Positions 1 through 11,110 of a stretch of 64,000 nucleotides of DNA are shown here, one piece after another (the stretch's first letter is position 1; each line of letters begins with the position of its first letter). Under the pieces are notes generated by a model, which was not told the origin of the DNA, ran no database searches, and saw only the letters and a list, made by a program, of their open reading frames with translations. A program made the position numbers and the translations under genes. Source of the DNA: Nemertoderma westbladi (lineage: Eukaryota > Animalia > Xenacoelomorpha). The DNA lies in NCBI GenBank assembly GCA_032718475.1, contig JAUCBJ010001214.1:55942-119941 (forward strand), given 5' to 3'.

Positions 1-3000
1 TCTCCGCAGCCGAGTCTCTTAAGCTGAGCTTGGTCAAAGCGCGGTCTTTGAATTGGCTATCCACGTTGCGAAACGGGGTTAAAAATCGTCGGAAACATTC
101 AAAGCGGATGAATTTATTATGTTCATCTAGCTTAGCGAGTTTGGTCCCAAGGATTAATGGATGGGTGCGTATAGTACGACTGCACACATCGGCTAGCCAA
201 CCGGAAAGTGCGGTGTTTTCGAAGATCGTGTAGATAGCTAAGGAGGGGCGGAGTGGAACACTCATGAAGCTATACACGGCGCCAGGTGCGGTCAACGGTC
301 CGTCAAAGTATAATCGAGAATAATGGTCTCCGTATACTTGTTGATAGTTGATGGGATTTCCGACCTTGAAATTCCATCCGTATTCCTGAAAAGCAAGATG
401 TCCGATGGAAGTTCGTTGCACCTTTGTAATGTTGCTAGACGCATTAGCATACATGGTGCGAAAGAAACCTTGGCCTTCGGCCCAAGGAGCTATCAGCTGA
501 GTATCCACGAAAGGATAGGGGATATTTTCCATATTCCGAAAGTCGTTTTGGAGATCTCCGTAAACAGCTGAGCCGATTTTAATGATTCTTTCGTTGAATA
601 ACATCTCGAGAACGGGCTGGGGTAACATCGATCCATCGATACCCATGGCCGGTTTGCGTTCGGTGTCAATGACGTAACGCTGCGCGAGTTCGAATTGTCC
701 GTGTCGGAGATTCTTTTGCGTTTCGGTGAGAGTTTCAAAGGAATAATCTATCACGTCGGAACACGCTCGCGTAAACACGTGAGTGGAACCAGCTAATCCG
801 CGTATGTGTATCATGCGCGTAGTTCCTAATTCTCCGATTGGAACGCTACCTTCGTTATCGTAAGTAACAACGCCATACATCTCAATGATATTAAGAGTTT
901 CATTCCACTCTTTGGTGGCGTTCTCGAGGGTCATCCCTACCGGATGCCACAAGGTGGCGCATTGATTAGCGTCAGGGAGATCACTATACTTCATGTATCG
1001 AGTGGTATACGTCTCCACATTTCCATATCTTTGTATTTTCTCCTCCTCGAATAATACGTCTAGATTCCAATGGTCTAATCGAGTTTTAATAAATCCATCG
1101 AGATTATAAGGAGGTTCTGTATCCTTCTCTATTCGAGAAACGTTATATGGTTTTCGAAATGAGTTTACCTTTACTAACTGATCCAGATGTTTTTGCAATT
1201 GTTCGAGTTCTACAATGTCCAGAGGATTTATTAGTGGTAGAAACTTTAAATTATGCGTCGGATCTTCTGGTTTTACCATATAATATTGAGTCAGATTAAC
1301 GTAATAAGGGTGGTCTTTAATTCCATAAAAAGAGTTCTGTAAAGGTCTAGCGCGTATGTTGACATCGTGTACCATACGACGGACAAGATCCGCTCGATTG
1401 TCTGGAGGTTCAACGAGTATACCGTCAACTCGAGCGGCCTCGATTGGCGGACGCTGTAACATAGGAGCGTCAGCGATAAGATTTTGCGATCTTATGCTGA
1501 TATCAACCGGTTGGGGTTGTATCTTTGCAAAAAGTTTGTCTCCGAAATGCGGAACCATCGAGGGATGATGGACGGTTTTAGAGTAGAGATCGGTTATGAG
1601 TATCTGAGCTTCGGGTTGGGCTAAAGCGGCTTCTTCTCTCTCATCCATTTCCGTATGTTTCTCCTCTAGTTGATTTTCCTCCGCTTGTTTCTGTAAGCGT
1701 TCTTCTAGAAACTCCTGTAGAGAATACGTACGTCCAAGCTCGATGTCCTCTTCGAGGTTTTGGATTTCTCTATCAAACTGCGGCAAGGCTAACTCTTTCA
1801 CCGATTGGACCTGCTGCTGTAATTTACGTTTCTCTAGAAAATCCTGTGTTCCCTTTCCGATTTTCTGTCGGATGGCGTCTAAAGCGTTTCTGATGACACT
1901 CTCCTCGACTTCCGTGGCAGGTTGTATCGGAGTTAATCCTGGCCGATTGTAAGGATTAAATGGCGATGTTAGATGTCCGCGTCCCAATCCGGTTAAATAG
2001 GATGGTCGAATATCTAACGAACCTACCGCTGGAACACCACCGATTAACTGCTCGGGTAACACCAAATCTTTGAACAGTGAGTATAACTCAGGAGGATCAG
2101 TGATACTGTTAGGATCAAGAGTTTGAGGTCTCACTGGGGAATGAGGAGGCCTGACCGAGTATTCCGGAACTCTGATCATGGGTTTATTTAGCGATCGTTT
2201 TAGACGGGCGATCGTAGGTGATACGTCGAACAGGTTTCGCTCGAAACTCCCGTAAGTATAACGCGTAAAACTGTGTTTAGCACAACGTCTCCGCGGATGT
2301 TTATGTCTTTCCGTTTGCTGGTTAGGTCTAGGACATGAGTCACAATAATACCAAAGACGTACGTCCTGCAGAGGAAACGCGGGTGATCGTTCTCCAGTTT
2401 TGCAATACTCTTCCATTTGTTCAAAGCTGTCCGGGACAACAGGCAGTGGACGATCTGCGGTAAGATACATCATGGTGAAATAGAGTCGTTTGAGTTCTAC
2501 CATGGGATCGTGATGTATACCTTGAGGATATCGAGTCTCTAGGTTCTGTTGACTGGCAATATTGAGATAGGTTTCTCTCAAAAATTCCAAGTAGTCGTTG
2601 AAGTTGATACGCTTATCGGGTTCTTCAACGTTTTCTCTGTCGAGTAGGTTGCGAATAGAGTTCTCGTGTTCTATTCTCGGTTTATCATTACGATTCCGCT
2701 GGGCATGATATTTAAATAAAACCATTTCCCTTTCGGTGTCTACATCTTCCGTATCATGTAAATCGGTAGGATGGCCGGTAGTTAAGAAGTCCATATACGT
2801 ACCATTACGATTCGTATAGCGAGCGGTGAATTTTCTATAGTCCAATTCACGCGTAAGTTGTTCCTGGGACATCGGCGGTTCGATATAACGACCATCGTCC
2901 TCCGTAATAGTCGGATTGGCTTCACCGCGTATCAAGCTATCCACAAACGCTTGTAAAGGTAGAGTATATCGCTCCCTGATACCAAGGTCATCTTCTATCA

Positions 3001-3010
3001 ATTCCGTCAT
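1..3010 (-). CDS. Large intronless ORF (>1003 aa, 3' end beyond the window) with a DEDDy/WRN-like 3'-5' exonuclease domain; probable extra ORF of BEL/Pao copy 1
   Basis: Manual translation from ATG at 3010 (MTELIEDDLGIRERY...) has no stop to base 1. ExoI-like VVTYDNEG (D-x-E at 851-859). ExoII-like LPQPVLEMLFNERIIKIGSAVYGDLQ (~550-625), then FVDTQLIA and RTSIGHLAFQEYGWNFK. ExoIII-like PLRPSLAIYTIFEN (~215-255). Confidence 0.8.
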   Translation of the reverse strand, partial: MTELIEDDLGIRERYTLPLQAFVDSLIRGEANPTITEDDGRYIEPPMSQEQLTRELDYRKFTARYTNRNGTYMDFLTTGHPTDLHDTEDVDTEREMVLFKYHAQRNRNDKPRIEHENSIRNLLDRENVEEPDKRINFNDYLEFLRETYLNIASQQNLETRYPQGIHHDPMVELKRLYFTMMYLTADRPLPVVPDSFEQMEEYCKTGERSPAFPLQDVRLWYYCDSCPRPNQQTERHKHPRRRCAKHSFTRYTYGSFERNLFDVSPTIARLKRSLNKPMIRVPEYSVRPPHSPVRPQTLDPNSITDPPELYSLFKDLVLPEQLIGGVPAVGSLDIRPSYLTGLGRGHLTSPFNPYNRPGLTPIQPATEVEESVIRNALDAIRQKIGKGTQDFLEKRKLQQQVQSVKELALPQFDREIQNLEEDIELGRTYSLQEFLEERLQKQAEENQLEEKHTEMDEREEAALAQPEAQILITDLYSKTVHHPSMVPHFGDKLFAKIQPQPVDISIRSQNLIADAPMLQRPPIEAARVDGILVEPPDNRADLVRRMVHDVNIRARPLQNSFYGIKDHPYYVNLTQYYMVKPEDPTHNLKFLPLINPLDIVELEQLQKHLDQLVKVNSFRKPYNVSRIEKDTEPPYNLDGFIKTRLDHWNLDVLFEEEKIQRYGNVETYTTRYMKYSDLPDANQCATLWHPVGMTLENATKEWNETLNIIEMYGVVTYDNEGSVPIGELGTTRMIHIRGLAGSTHVFTRACSDVIDYSFETLTETQKNLRHGQFELAQRYVIDTERKPAMGIDGSMLPQPVLEMLFNERIIKIGSAVYGDLQNDFRNMENIPYPFVDTQLIAPWAEGQGFFRTMYANASSNITKVQRTSIGHLAFQEYGWNFKVGNPINYQQVYGDHYSRLYFDGPLTAPGAVYSFMSVPLRPSLAIYTIFENTALSGWLADVCSRTIRTHPLILGTKLAKLDEHNKFIRFECFRRFLTPFRNVDSQFKDRALTKLSLRDSAAE

Positions 3011-3493
3011 ATCTGCTATCTGAGTTTATTAATATCAATATGAGTTAATATTTAGGCAAGCGGGCGTCGCTGCCTACTAGGCTTTGCCCCCGGACAGTGG
3101 GTTTCTCAGCGCCGATGTACCGTTGTCGCGGTGTTTACGCCAACATGTAGCAACAGCACGACAACGATAACCGGCACAAGTCCCATCACTGTCCGTCCCA
3201 AAGGCTTGAATCCACTTGAGGTTATCTCAGTAGAGTTAGGGCTACTTTACAATTGCGATTAGCTACTGTAAACACACTTTAGTAGTAACATTCACCTATA
3301 AACGCACAAATTCCATACAATCATTACTTACTGCACACATGCAGGCCATTTGTCCGTTAATCAGTGTCTTCCAGAATGTCACGTTATTACTATGTATCCT
3401 TGGATACTAATAGTGCGCTATGTATACTCTTATGCTACGCAATGGGCAAGCTTTTTATTGTTCCTTTAACTTGCTTCTAATTCTAGCGTGGGT

Positions 3494-3507
3494 GTTGCCA
3501 TGGTGAC
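3494..3507. promoter_or_regulatory. RFX X-box-like motif upstream of the extra ORF
   Basis: GTTGCCATGGTGAC; the reverse complement GTCACCATGGCAAC fits GTNRCC-N(0-3)-RGYAAC. Confidence 0.35.
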
Positions 3508-4639
3508 ATTATGGAAAACTAGCGGTAGAATTAGGGTAATTCTCATGCATACAGATCTGGGATGTTATTTAATAGTAATTCTTTAATTGTCAATATCCTC
3601 TTTATGCATGATTTTATAAATTTTATCGGCTATTGACTATATGTTGGAGATTCTCGCACTCTAGTACACTCAATATGAATCTCCGCTCCCATGATCTATT
3701 AATTACTGGAATTTTGGGAATGTTATAAATTGCACAAAATGACAATTTATGAAATTCATTTAAATATGAATTTAAATTTATTCCCGTGAATTTTATTATT
3801 TGATGTTAAATTGACACAAATTTTATTCCAGAGCATATCTGGGGACTTAGGATCCTTAATTCTATAAAATAGTCCTTCTAACAATATCGGTAAATACTGC
3901 GATATCTTAATTGACTAAAAATTTTAAAGGATCGGGATTTTACAGATTTTAATAAATATTAAATTAATATTTAGGATGAGCACCGATTTATTCCAGAACT
4001 TGTCTGGGGACGTTAACCACTGATTCTAGAATTTGTCTTTCAAGTATATCGGTGGGTGCCACGATATCTTAATCGACTAGAATTACAGATGGTCAAAAAG
4101 TTTAACAGATTTATTTGCGATTTACGCTACTGTTAGAGGGACATCACGCTACTATATGTATTATTTGAAATAAGGTAGAAGAGCAATATCGCACGAAGCA
4201 ATGTCAGTGTGAAGAGGCAAGTCGTTTCCAAGGTCTACCCAGAGCTTGGTTTAGCCGAGACACGAGGATCTGAACTTTGCATTCCTAATACTCTGCCTAC
4301 CAATAATACTTAAATATAGTAGTGGCTTTATTGTACTTTAATAAGTACTGACATGTCATCTTACTATAGTCTCGCATTTATAATATAATACGGACAGTAA
4401 GGAAAGAGAAAAATAATTATTTCTTGCCGTCGCACTAAATATATTATAAGTAATTAAGTACGTAATAAACACTAATATATTGCACTAATTTACTAAATAT
4501 TCTAAAATAACATTTTACTAAATAAAATTAAAGAAAACGATTATAATAAAATTACTTAATAATACATACATAAATATAAAATAAAAAACAAATATAAAAT
4601 AATATAGTCACACACCCACTCCATATGTTATTATGTTAT

Positions 4640-7600
4640 GGAGTCCCTAGATATTTGTCGGATTAGGGAAGTGGTCGTAGGAAGAGTATCTTGCCTTCCA
4701 TAGTTTCCGGACAGTTTTCGGTTTCTTTCCAGTAAACATAAACGACCAGCTGGGTGATTGGGTTGTCATGTTACTTTCTCCGCTCCCTTGGCCTGTCTAC
4801 TCTCCGCCGTGGTAAGATGAGGAGGCCATTCATCTTCTTAAGAAGTTGGATCCACCTAACCAGCCTGGAGTATCTATCAGTTCTTGAGGAGTTGCTCCTC
4901 TGGAATCGATGTCGGCTGAATTAATCGTCCCAAGGCAATGTCTCCGTTGATCTACATTGGAGTTAATATCGTCATTATCTGAGGAGTATGGTGTTCCCTC
5001 AGTTAGTTCGTCCACTTCACTGCTCTCCACTTCCCAACCATTTATCTGGCATATTCTTTCTGGTGGTAGTCTCTCTTCGAGAGTTCTGCGGGAAGGGCCA
5101 GTAAAGTACCAACCTACTCTAGTTCTTACCGCATAGGTTTGCAGTGGCTGTGGTTGAGCAGGCCGTTTCTCTAATGTTTCGAGCGCCTCGTGCGCGTTTT
5201 GGCCGATGAGTATTTGCACTCCAGGATAATCTGTCTGGAATCGAGGTATCTTAAGATGTTGGATGCTCTCATCCTCGTCCCAATTATAAAGGTCTGCTTG
5301 AGTAGTAGCAAAGTTCTTTATAGCCACCATTTTTACTGACCTTACCTTGTGTTCCTAACTTATCCGGGGGGGTGGACAACACACCTACATAGTAATCTGC
5401 CGTTAGGGTAGATTTCCAAACCTGCATAATTCCTGACATATTCAATTTAGTCCGGAACTTGGGTTGTCCAGCAAAGATATCTTCGGCTAGTTCTTGATCG
5501 ATGAATGTTCCTGTGCTGCCGGAGTCAAGGAGGGCGTTCACTATGTAGCTTTTGTTAAGACCGTGAACTCTTACTTGAACTACAGGAAATTCTCTGATTC
5601 CTACGTTGGAAGCTGGAGCTTTCCAAGATGGTTGTTTGGCGAAAGTAGTTGGGGGAAACTCATCGTTGATGTCCTTTTCGTAAGTAAGTGCTCGATACAC
5701 TGCGGTATTTATTAGATAACAGGATTCATTGGCGTCGGAGAATTCGTCAGTATAGAATCCTTCCATCTCAGACTCTTGATCAGTGTCGTTTACGTCACTG
5801 AATTGGACATGTAGTTCGGGCTCACTTACCTGACTCAGTTTGTCTCGTTCGAACTCACTGTGTAACAAGATGTGATGTTTCGCGCCACACTTTGCACACT
5901 TTATGTCGGAGTAACAGGTTCGCCGTTGGTGTCCTGATCTGAGGCAATTATAGCATAACCGCTTATTCCACAGGACTGTACGTCTGTCTACAAGGGATTT
6001 CTTTAGAAATTCAGCACACGCACTCAAACGGTGGGGCCCGTCGCACAGCGCACATTTTGGTTTGATGTTACTCACCTTAACTTGGTTAACGTTATGCACT
6101 CTCATTCTTTCTTCGGGCTTTCTTCCGTGAATTCTCTTAGGAGACGTAGGAGGAGTTGTTGTTACCTGTTCTCTCCTATCACTGGTTCGAGACTTGTATT
6201 TACTTACGTCTTTATAGGTCTTGTTGTCATAGTCAGATTTTGCTGTGTCTTTCCCGCTGTCCTCTTCTTGAGAAGCTTGGCTTTCGCCGTCATCAGTATA
6301 ACACACTGGTATTATCCTTCTCCTAGAAACGGGTTTCTCACTTACCTTATTTTCCGATGTTTTCTCTCTGGACTGCCTTATGAGTTGTAATTTTACTTCA
6401 CTATCTAAGAAGGACATGAGATCAGCCATGGTAGGACTTCGTCGTTGTTGTTCATTCATGTACAACACTTTCTTGTCCCAGCGTGTACATACTCCACCCT
6501 TTGGTAAAGTAGAGACTACGGCTCCAATAACCATGGAACTCTGAAATTCATGCGACTTACCTAACCAGTCCAGTTGTCTACAGATCTCTTGAATTTCATC
6601 GGAAAACTCTATAATCCCGCTACTAAGGAAGTGTCAGGGGGCTACTAATTTTGCATACAAATACTTAGCTATGTTATCCTTGTTACCATACCTGATGTTT
6701 AATGTATCCCAAACTTGTCTTAATCCATCTGGATGTCCAATAAACTTTAACGCCATTAACTTGGGAGGTCCTTCCAAGCACTTGATGAGGAATCTAAGTT
6801 TCTCTCCGTTAGATAGTACAGAGTTCTGTATGCTATCTTTGTAATATTCGTTGAAAGGTAACCATTTCATCTCATCTCCATTGAATTTGACGATCTCTCC
6901 CACTTTGACCGCTTGGTGGGCTTCTGTTCTAGCCATCTGACGCGTAAAGCTTTCTTGGGCCATCGTGTTATTTAATATCGAATTATCGGTATATAAATTT
7001 CTCGGATCATTATCAGGTCTATAGGGAATATCATTAATAACAGGTCTATAATCACCCTTAATAGGGTTTGCTATAGGAGTTTCAACTTCACTAGCAGTAT
7101 AGATGCGTGTAGGCTCCACACCTTGCGCATGTAATACTTCAGACCTAACAGGTTGACACAATGTTACAGGGGGTATTGGTATGCCCTTTTGGATATTGAC
7201 TAATTTGTCGCGTTCTAGTGCGATACTTTGCTGCACTTCTTGCAACTCTGCTCTACCTTCCCTCACTGTTCCCTTAAGTTGGTGGACAGTCTCCTGCATC
7301 TGTCCTAACAGGAGATTCATCCCCCGCCGTCCCTCTTCTACCCACTCAACCGCCGAAGCGGGAGTCGCCAACATAGTAGCGGGCTGACGCGGGACGAAGG
7401 GAGACAAATTTTTGATTTCTCTCTCTGCTATCTGGACAGGGATATTCTCTTGGACTGTTCCACCGGGTACAGGCAGTGTAGTACTATGTAAAGGGAATTT
7501 AGAGTTAAGCTCTGGAAGTACAGGGGTCTCTAACACAGAAGTGACTTTGGGAACGACAGGCCTAATTATTTCAGGCTCATCAACTATTGTAGGGAGTCTT

Positions 7601-9225
7601 TTGACCTTAATACTTTGGGCTGTAGGTTCTATACTACTCAAGTCTGTGCTAGCTAGCTGTCTTCTAACAGCTGGGGGCAAATCAGGCAATTTGCGACGGT
7701 AAGATGTTTTTCTACGCCTACTTAGATGAGATCTATTTCCTCTGCCTTCAGGATCGGTGGTCTCGCCTTCCTCCGAGGATGTGTATCCCTGGCGCTTGGG
7801 AGTAGATTTTCTCATCATCTGCATTTGATTAGCAGTGAACTGTTTATTTATACTGTCTTGCGTCTCTTGCAGATTTTCCAACTCCAGTTGGATAGTCTCC
7901 TCAGAAGCTCTCCGTTCTGCTTCTGCCACTGCTGCTTTTCTTTCTGCTTCTGCTTCTGCCGCCTTTCTTTCGGCTTCTGCCTTCTTTCTTTCGGCTTCTG
8001 CTTCTTCCGCTTTTCTTTCGGCTTCTGCTTCTGCCGCCGCTGCTGCTGCCACCTTTCTTTTCTCTATCCGTTCTTTCTTTACTTGTTCTTCTCGGACTCT
8101 AGTGAGGCGGATTTTTTCATCAAATTCAGCTTGGTTTGCAGCTAACATTTCGGCATCGATTGAGTCCAACACAAGCTTGGTTCCTTCACTATTAGGGGAA
8201 AGTCCAGACAGCCGTCTCCTCAACTCCTCGTCTCCTAGGAATCGCTGATAGTCGGACAAATAAATGTCGATAGCGTCTCTAGTTCGCGGTTTCTCGGCGG
8301 TCTCTTCGCTTTCCGCTTGAGAAAGGGTGACATCAGTTTGTTCTTCATAGGTTGATCTCTCAGCCAGCTGGGATTTCCACTGGGCCGTTTCCTGTACTTT
8401 GAGACCTACCCGATGTAACCAAGTTTTGACAGCAACCTGCAGCGACGTGTCCTGTCTTCTTTTGGAAGTTTCCTCAAAGGCTGAGAGGATTAGTCGAATG
8501 CGTAGGGTTCTTTCGCGTACTTGGTATAGCAGCTCTTCCTGCTCTTGAGGTCCTTGAGGTTGTCGAAACAGTTGTTCTTCCAATCGCTCCAAGGAGCCGA
8601 AGAATCCCTGCACATATCCTGCTGCCGACCTCTTCCAAACAGCTGGATCCATTGTATCTTTAGCCACTCCCATCCTGTGTATATCTTCCCAAGTAGCCTC
8701 GGACAGATCCAACGGGAGTCCGAGTCCGGGAAAGTTCCATTGTGACTCGACAATAGACATCAATTCTTCCCTGGCGTATCCCGCATAATTATCTTGGGTC
8801 GCTCGCTTATTTCTCGCCCAGTCGGCTTGATGTTCCTCCACCGCAATGAATATAGTAGTTAGCACTGCAGCAGGAAGGGTAAGAAGGGGGTCCGAGTAGA
8901 CTGTAGCAGCCATCTGCACTCCGCGTTCGGGGGTCAGCTCTACAGTATCCGAACTACTGGAGCTATCGGGTCGCTGGGAAGTAGGTTCTTGACCAAGATG
9001 TTGCTGCGATAGGACAACTGCCTCTTGGTTCCGTTTGACCTGTGCCCGAGTGCCTATGATGGACCTATGGTGGATTAGCCTAGGGTCTGACACTACTGGA
9101 GGGATGACCTTTCTTGCAGTAGGAGGTGAGCTGAACTCCTTTCTTAATCGCTCCACACTCCTATCTGTGTCACAGATGGTTGTATCGATCAGACTGTCTG
9201 ACAGGTTTTGCTGAGTGTCAGACAT
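4640..9225 (-). pseudogene. Disrupted gag-protease-(deleted pol) of copy 1
   Basis: ORFs 6634-9225, 5284-6534 and 4830-5330 match copy 2. Lesions: TGA at 6634-6636 (CGA in copy 2), 2-bp deletion near 5345, and a jump at ~4965 from SSDNDDI to the RNase H tail. Three Cys/His knuckles (CALCDGPH..C, CYNC..H..C, CAKC..HH..H), protease LLDSGS, integrase-end-like HPAGRLCLLE at ~4730-4760. Confidence 0.9.
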
Positions 9226-10593
9226 GTTTAGCTATACAGTTGAATGTCTACTACTATAGTTTCAGTTAAAGCAAGTCTGGTAATTCAGTATGACCGCAAG
9301 CCTAGCGATTTATTACCGATACCGTTACTCGGTGTAACGTGATATATATACAATATATTAGAATACCGGTATGCTTATAGTATATATAAGTATTATTACA
9401 GACTAGATTTGTCACAGAGTACCGGTATATAATTTTAGCACAAATATATATAAACATATAATAGGCCTATCGTGAATACCGGTATACAGCTGACACTTAT
9501 AGTATATATAAGTATAATTATGAACTAGAATTAATTACAGAATACCGGTATGATTTCAGCTCAAATTTATAGAAATAAATATAATAAGCCTATGGTAAGT
9601 GCCGGTATGTCAATTATTTTTAGAATAATTGAATTTCTGAATATTTTAGGGTTACTTGGTTACTTTAACTTACTTTATTACCGTTATTTAAGCAGTAGTC
9701 CAACTGATATTGAGACCTAGTTGTTGTATGGCAGGCCTACTATTTATAAATCGTTTGAGTTGATTTATAATAGATATATACCCGTTTAAATGGGTTTTTG
9801 TCAATATTTGAAATAAATGTTATTATTTCTGGGGGAGTCACTACACAGAAGCTGTACGCTCTCAGTGAAGTGTTACTTATTGAGACACTAAAACTGATAA
9901 TTCTAATTTACTTAAGTTACTTAATACTACAAATTACTTATGATACGGGTGAGATTAATTCTCTAATTAAACACAACAAAAATATTACGTACGAAATTTT
10001 TAGGGTAATTTTACAGGAAGTCTACAAACCAGCCTAACAAAGGGTTAGAATTCTGGTTATTGCAACGGACAGGGTACTACGGTATTTGAAATAATAAGTA
10101 GTAGTAAATATATTGCACTGTCCAGATAGGAAAATACCACCACCTGACGACCTATAACCGTATCGCTATAGGTACTACGTTATGTATCATGGAGTGTTCC
10201 TACCCAGAAGTTAATAGAGCTAACGAATGTGCCTATCAACCACTTTACAACACAAATATACTGCCTACACACTAATTACTCTCGGAAGCACTGTACGCTA
10301 AACCCTAAATTAGGTACAAGTACTGGTACAACAAATAATCAGTAGTTAAATATACTTGAACAGTTAAAAGAACCACGGCATCTGCTGGAGTGACCAGAGC
10401 ACAAAGTCACCAGTCTTGTCCTACGCCAAGCAGCCCGTGTAGTACCGGGGTTAATTTAACTATAACGGTATGTATAACAAGCACAATTACTGTAGGAATA
10501 AACTTGGGGACATGAATGTTGCGAATAATCGCATAAACTCTGAATAATAAATATTACGCTACCCGTACAGAATACTCAAACAAAATACAAACC

Positions 10594-11110
10594 AAACGCT
10601 GGCAGACTACCACCAAGCCTAAATAAACTACCGTACATGTAGATTCTGAAATGGTTAGTTAGTATGCGTTCTAACACGGTAGTACGACTTATTCTTTAAG
10701 AGGGGATTGACCTTACAGCATATGGCTGCCCCAACTTACTAACGGCACTTTATCAGACAAACTCCACACACACAGCAATCTCTTCAGACCTAATAATAGC
10801 TAGACAACAATCCAGCCTACAAAATATCTGAGTAATAACTATTACGGTACCTGAACAGACCACACAAACAAACACAGGCTAAAACGCTGGCAGACTACGA
10901 TCAAGCCTAAATAAACTACAGTATATGCAGATTCTGAAATAGTTAGTTAGTATGCGTTCTAACACGGTAGTACGACTTATTCTTTAAGAGGGGATTGACC
11001 TTACAGCATATGGCTGCCCCAACTTACTAACGGCACTTTATCAGACAAACTCTACACACGCCGTAATCTCTCCAAACCCAACAACAGTCAGACAGCAGTT
11101 CAGCCTACAA
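10594..11110. repeat. Direct duplication (~230 bp, period 288) in the retroelement leader; also present in copy 2 (~26393-26910)
   Basis: AAACGCTGGCAGACTAC...GGCTGCCCCAACTTACTAACGGCACTTTATCAGACAAACTC at 10594 and 10882. Confidence 0.9.
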
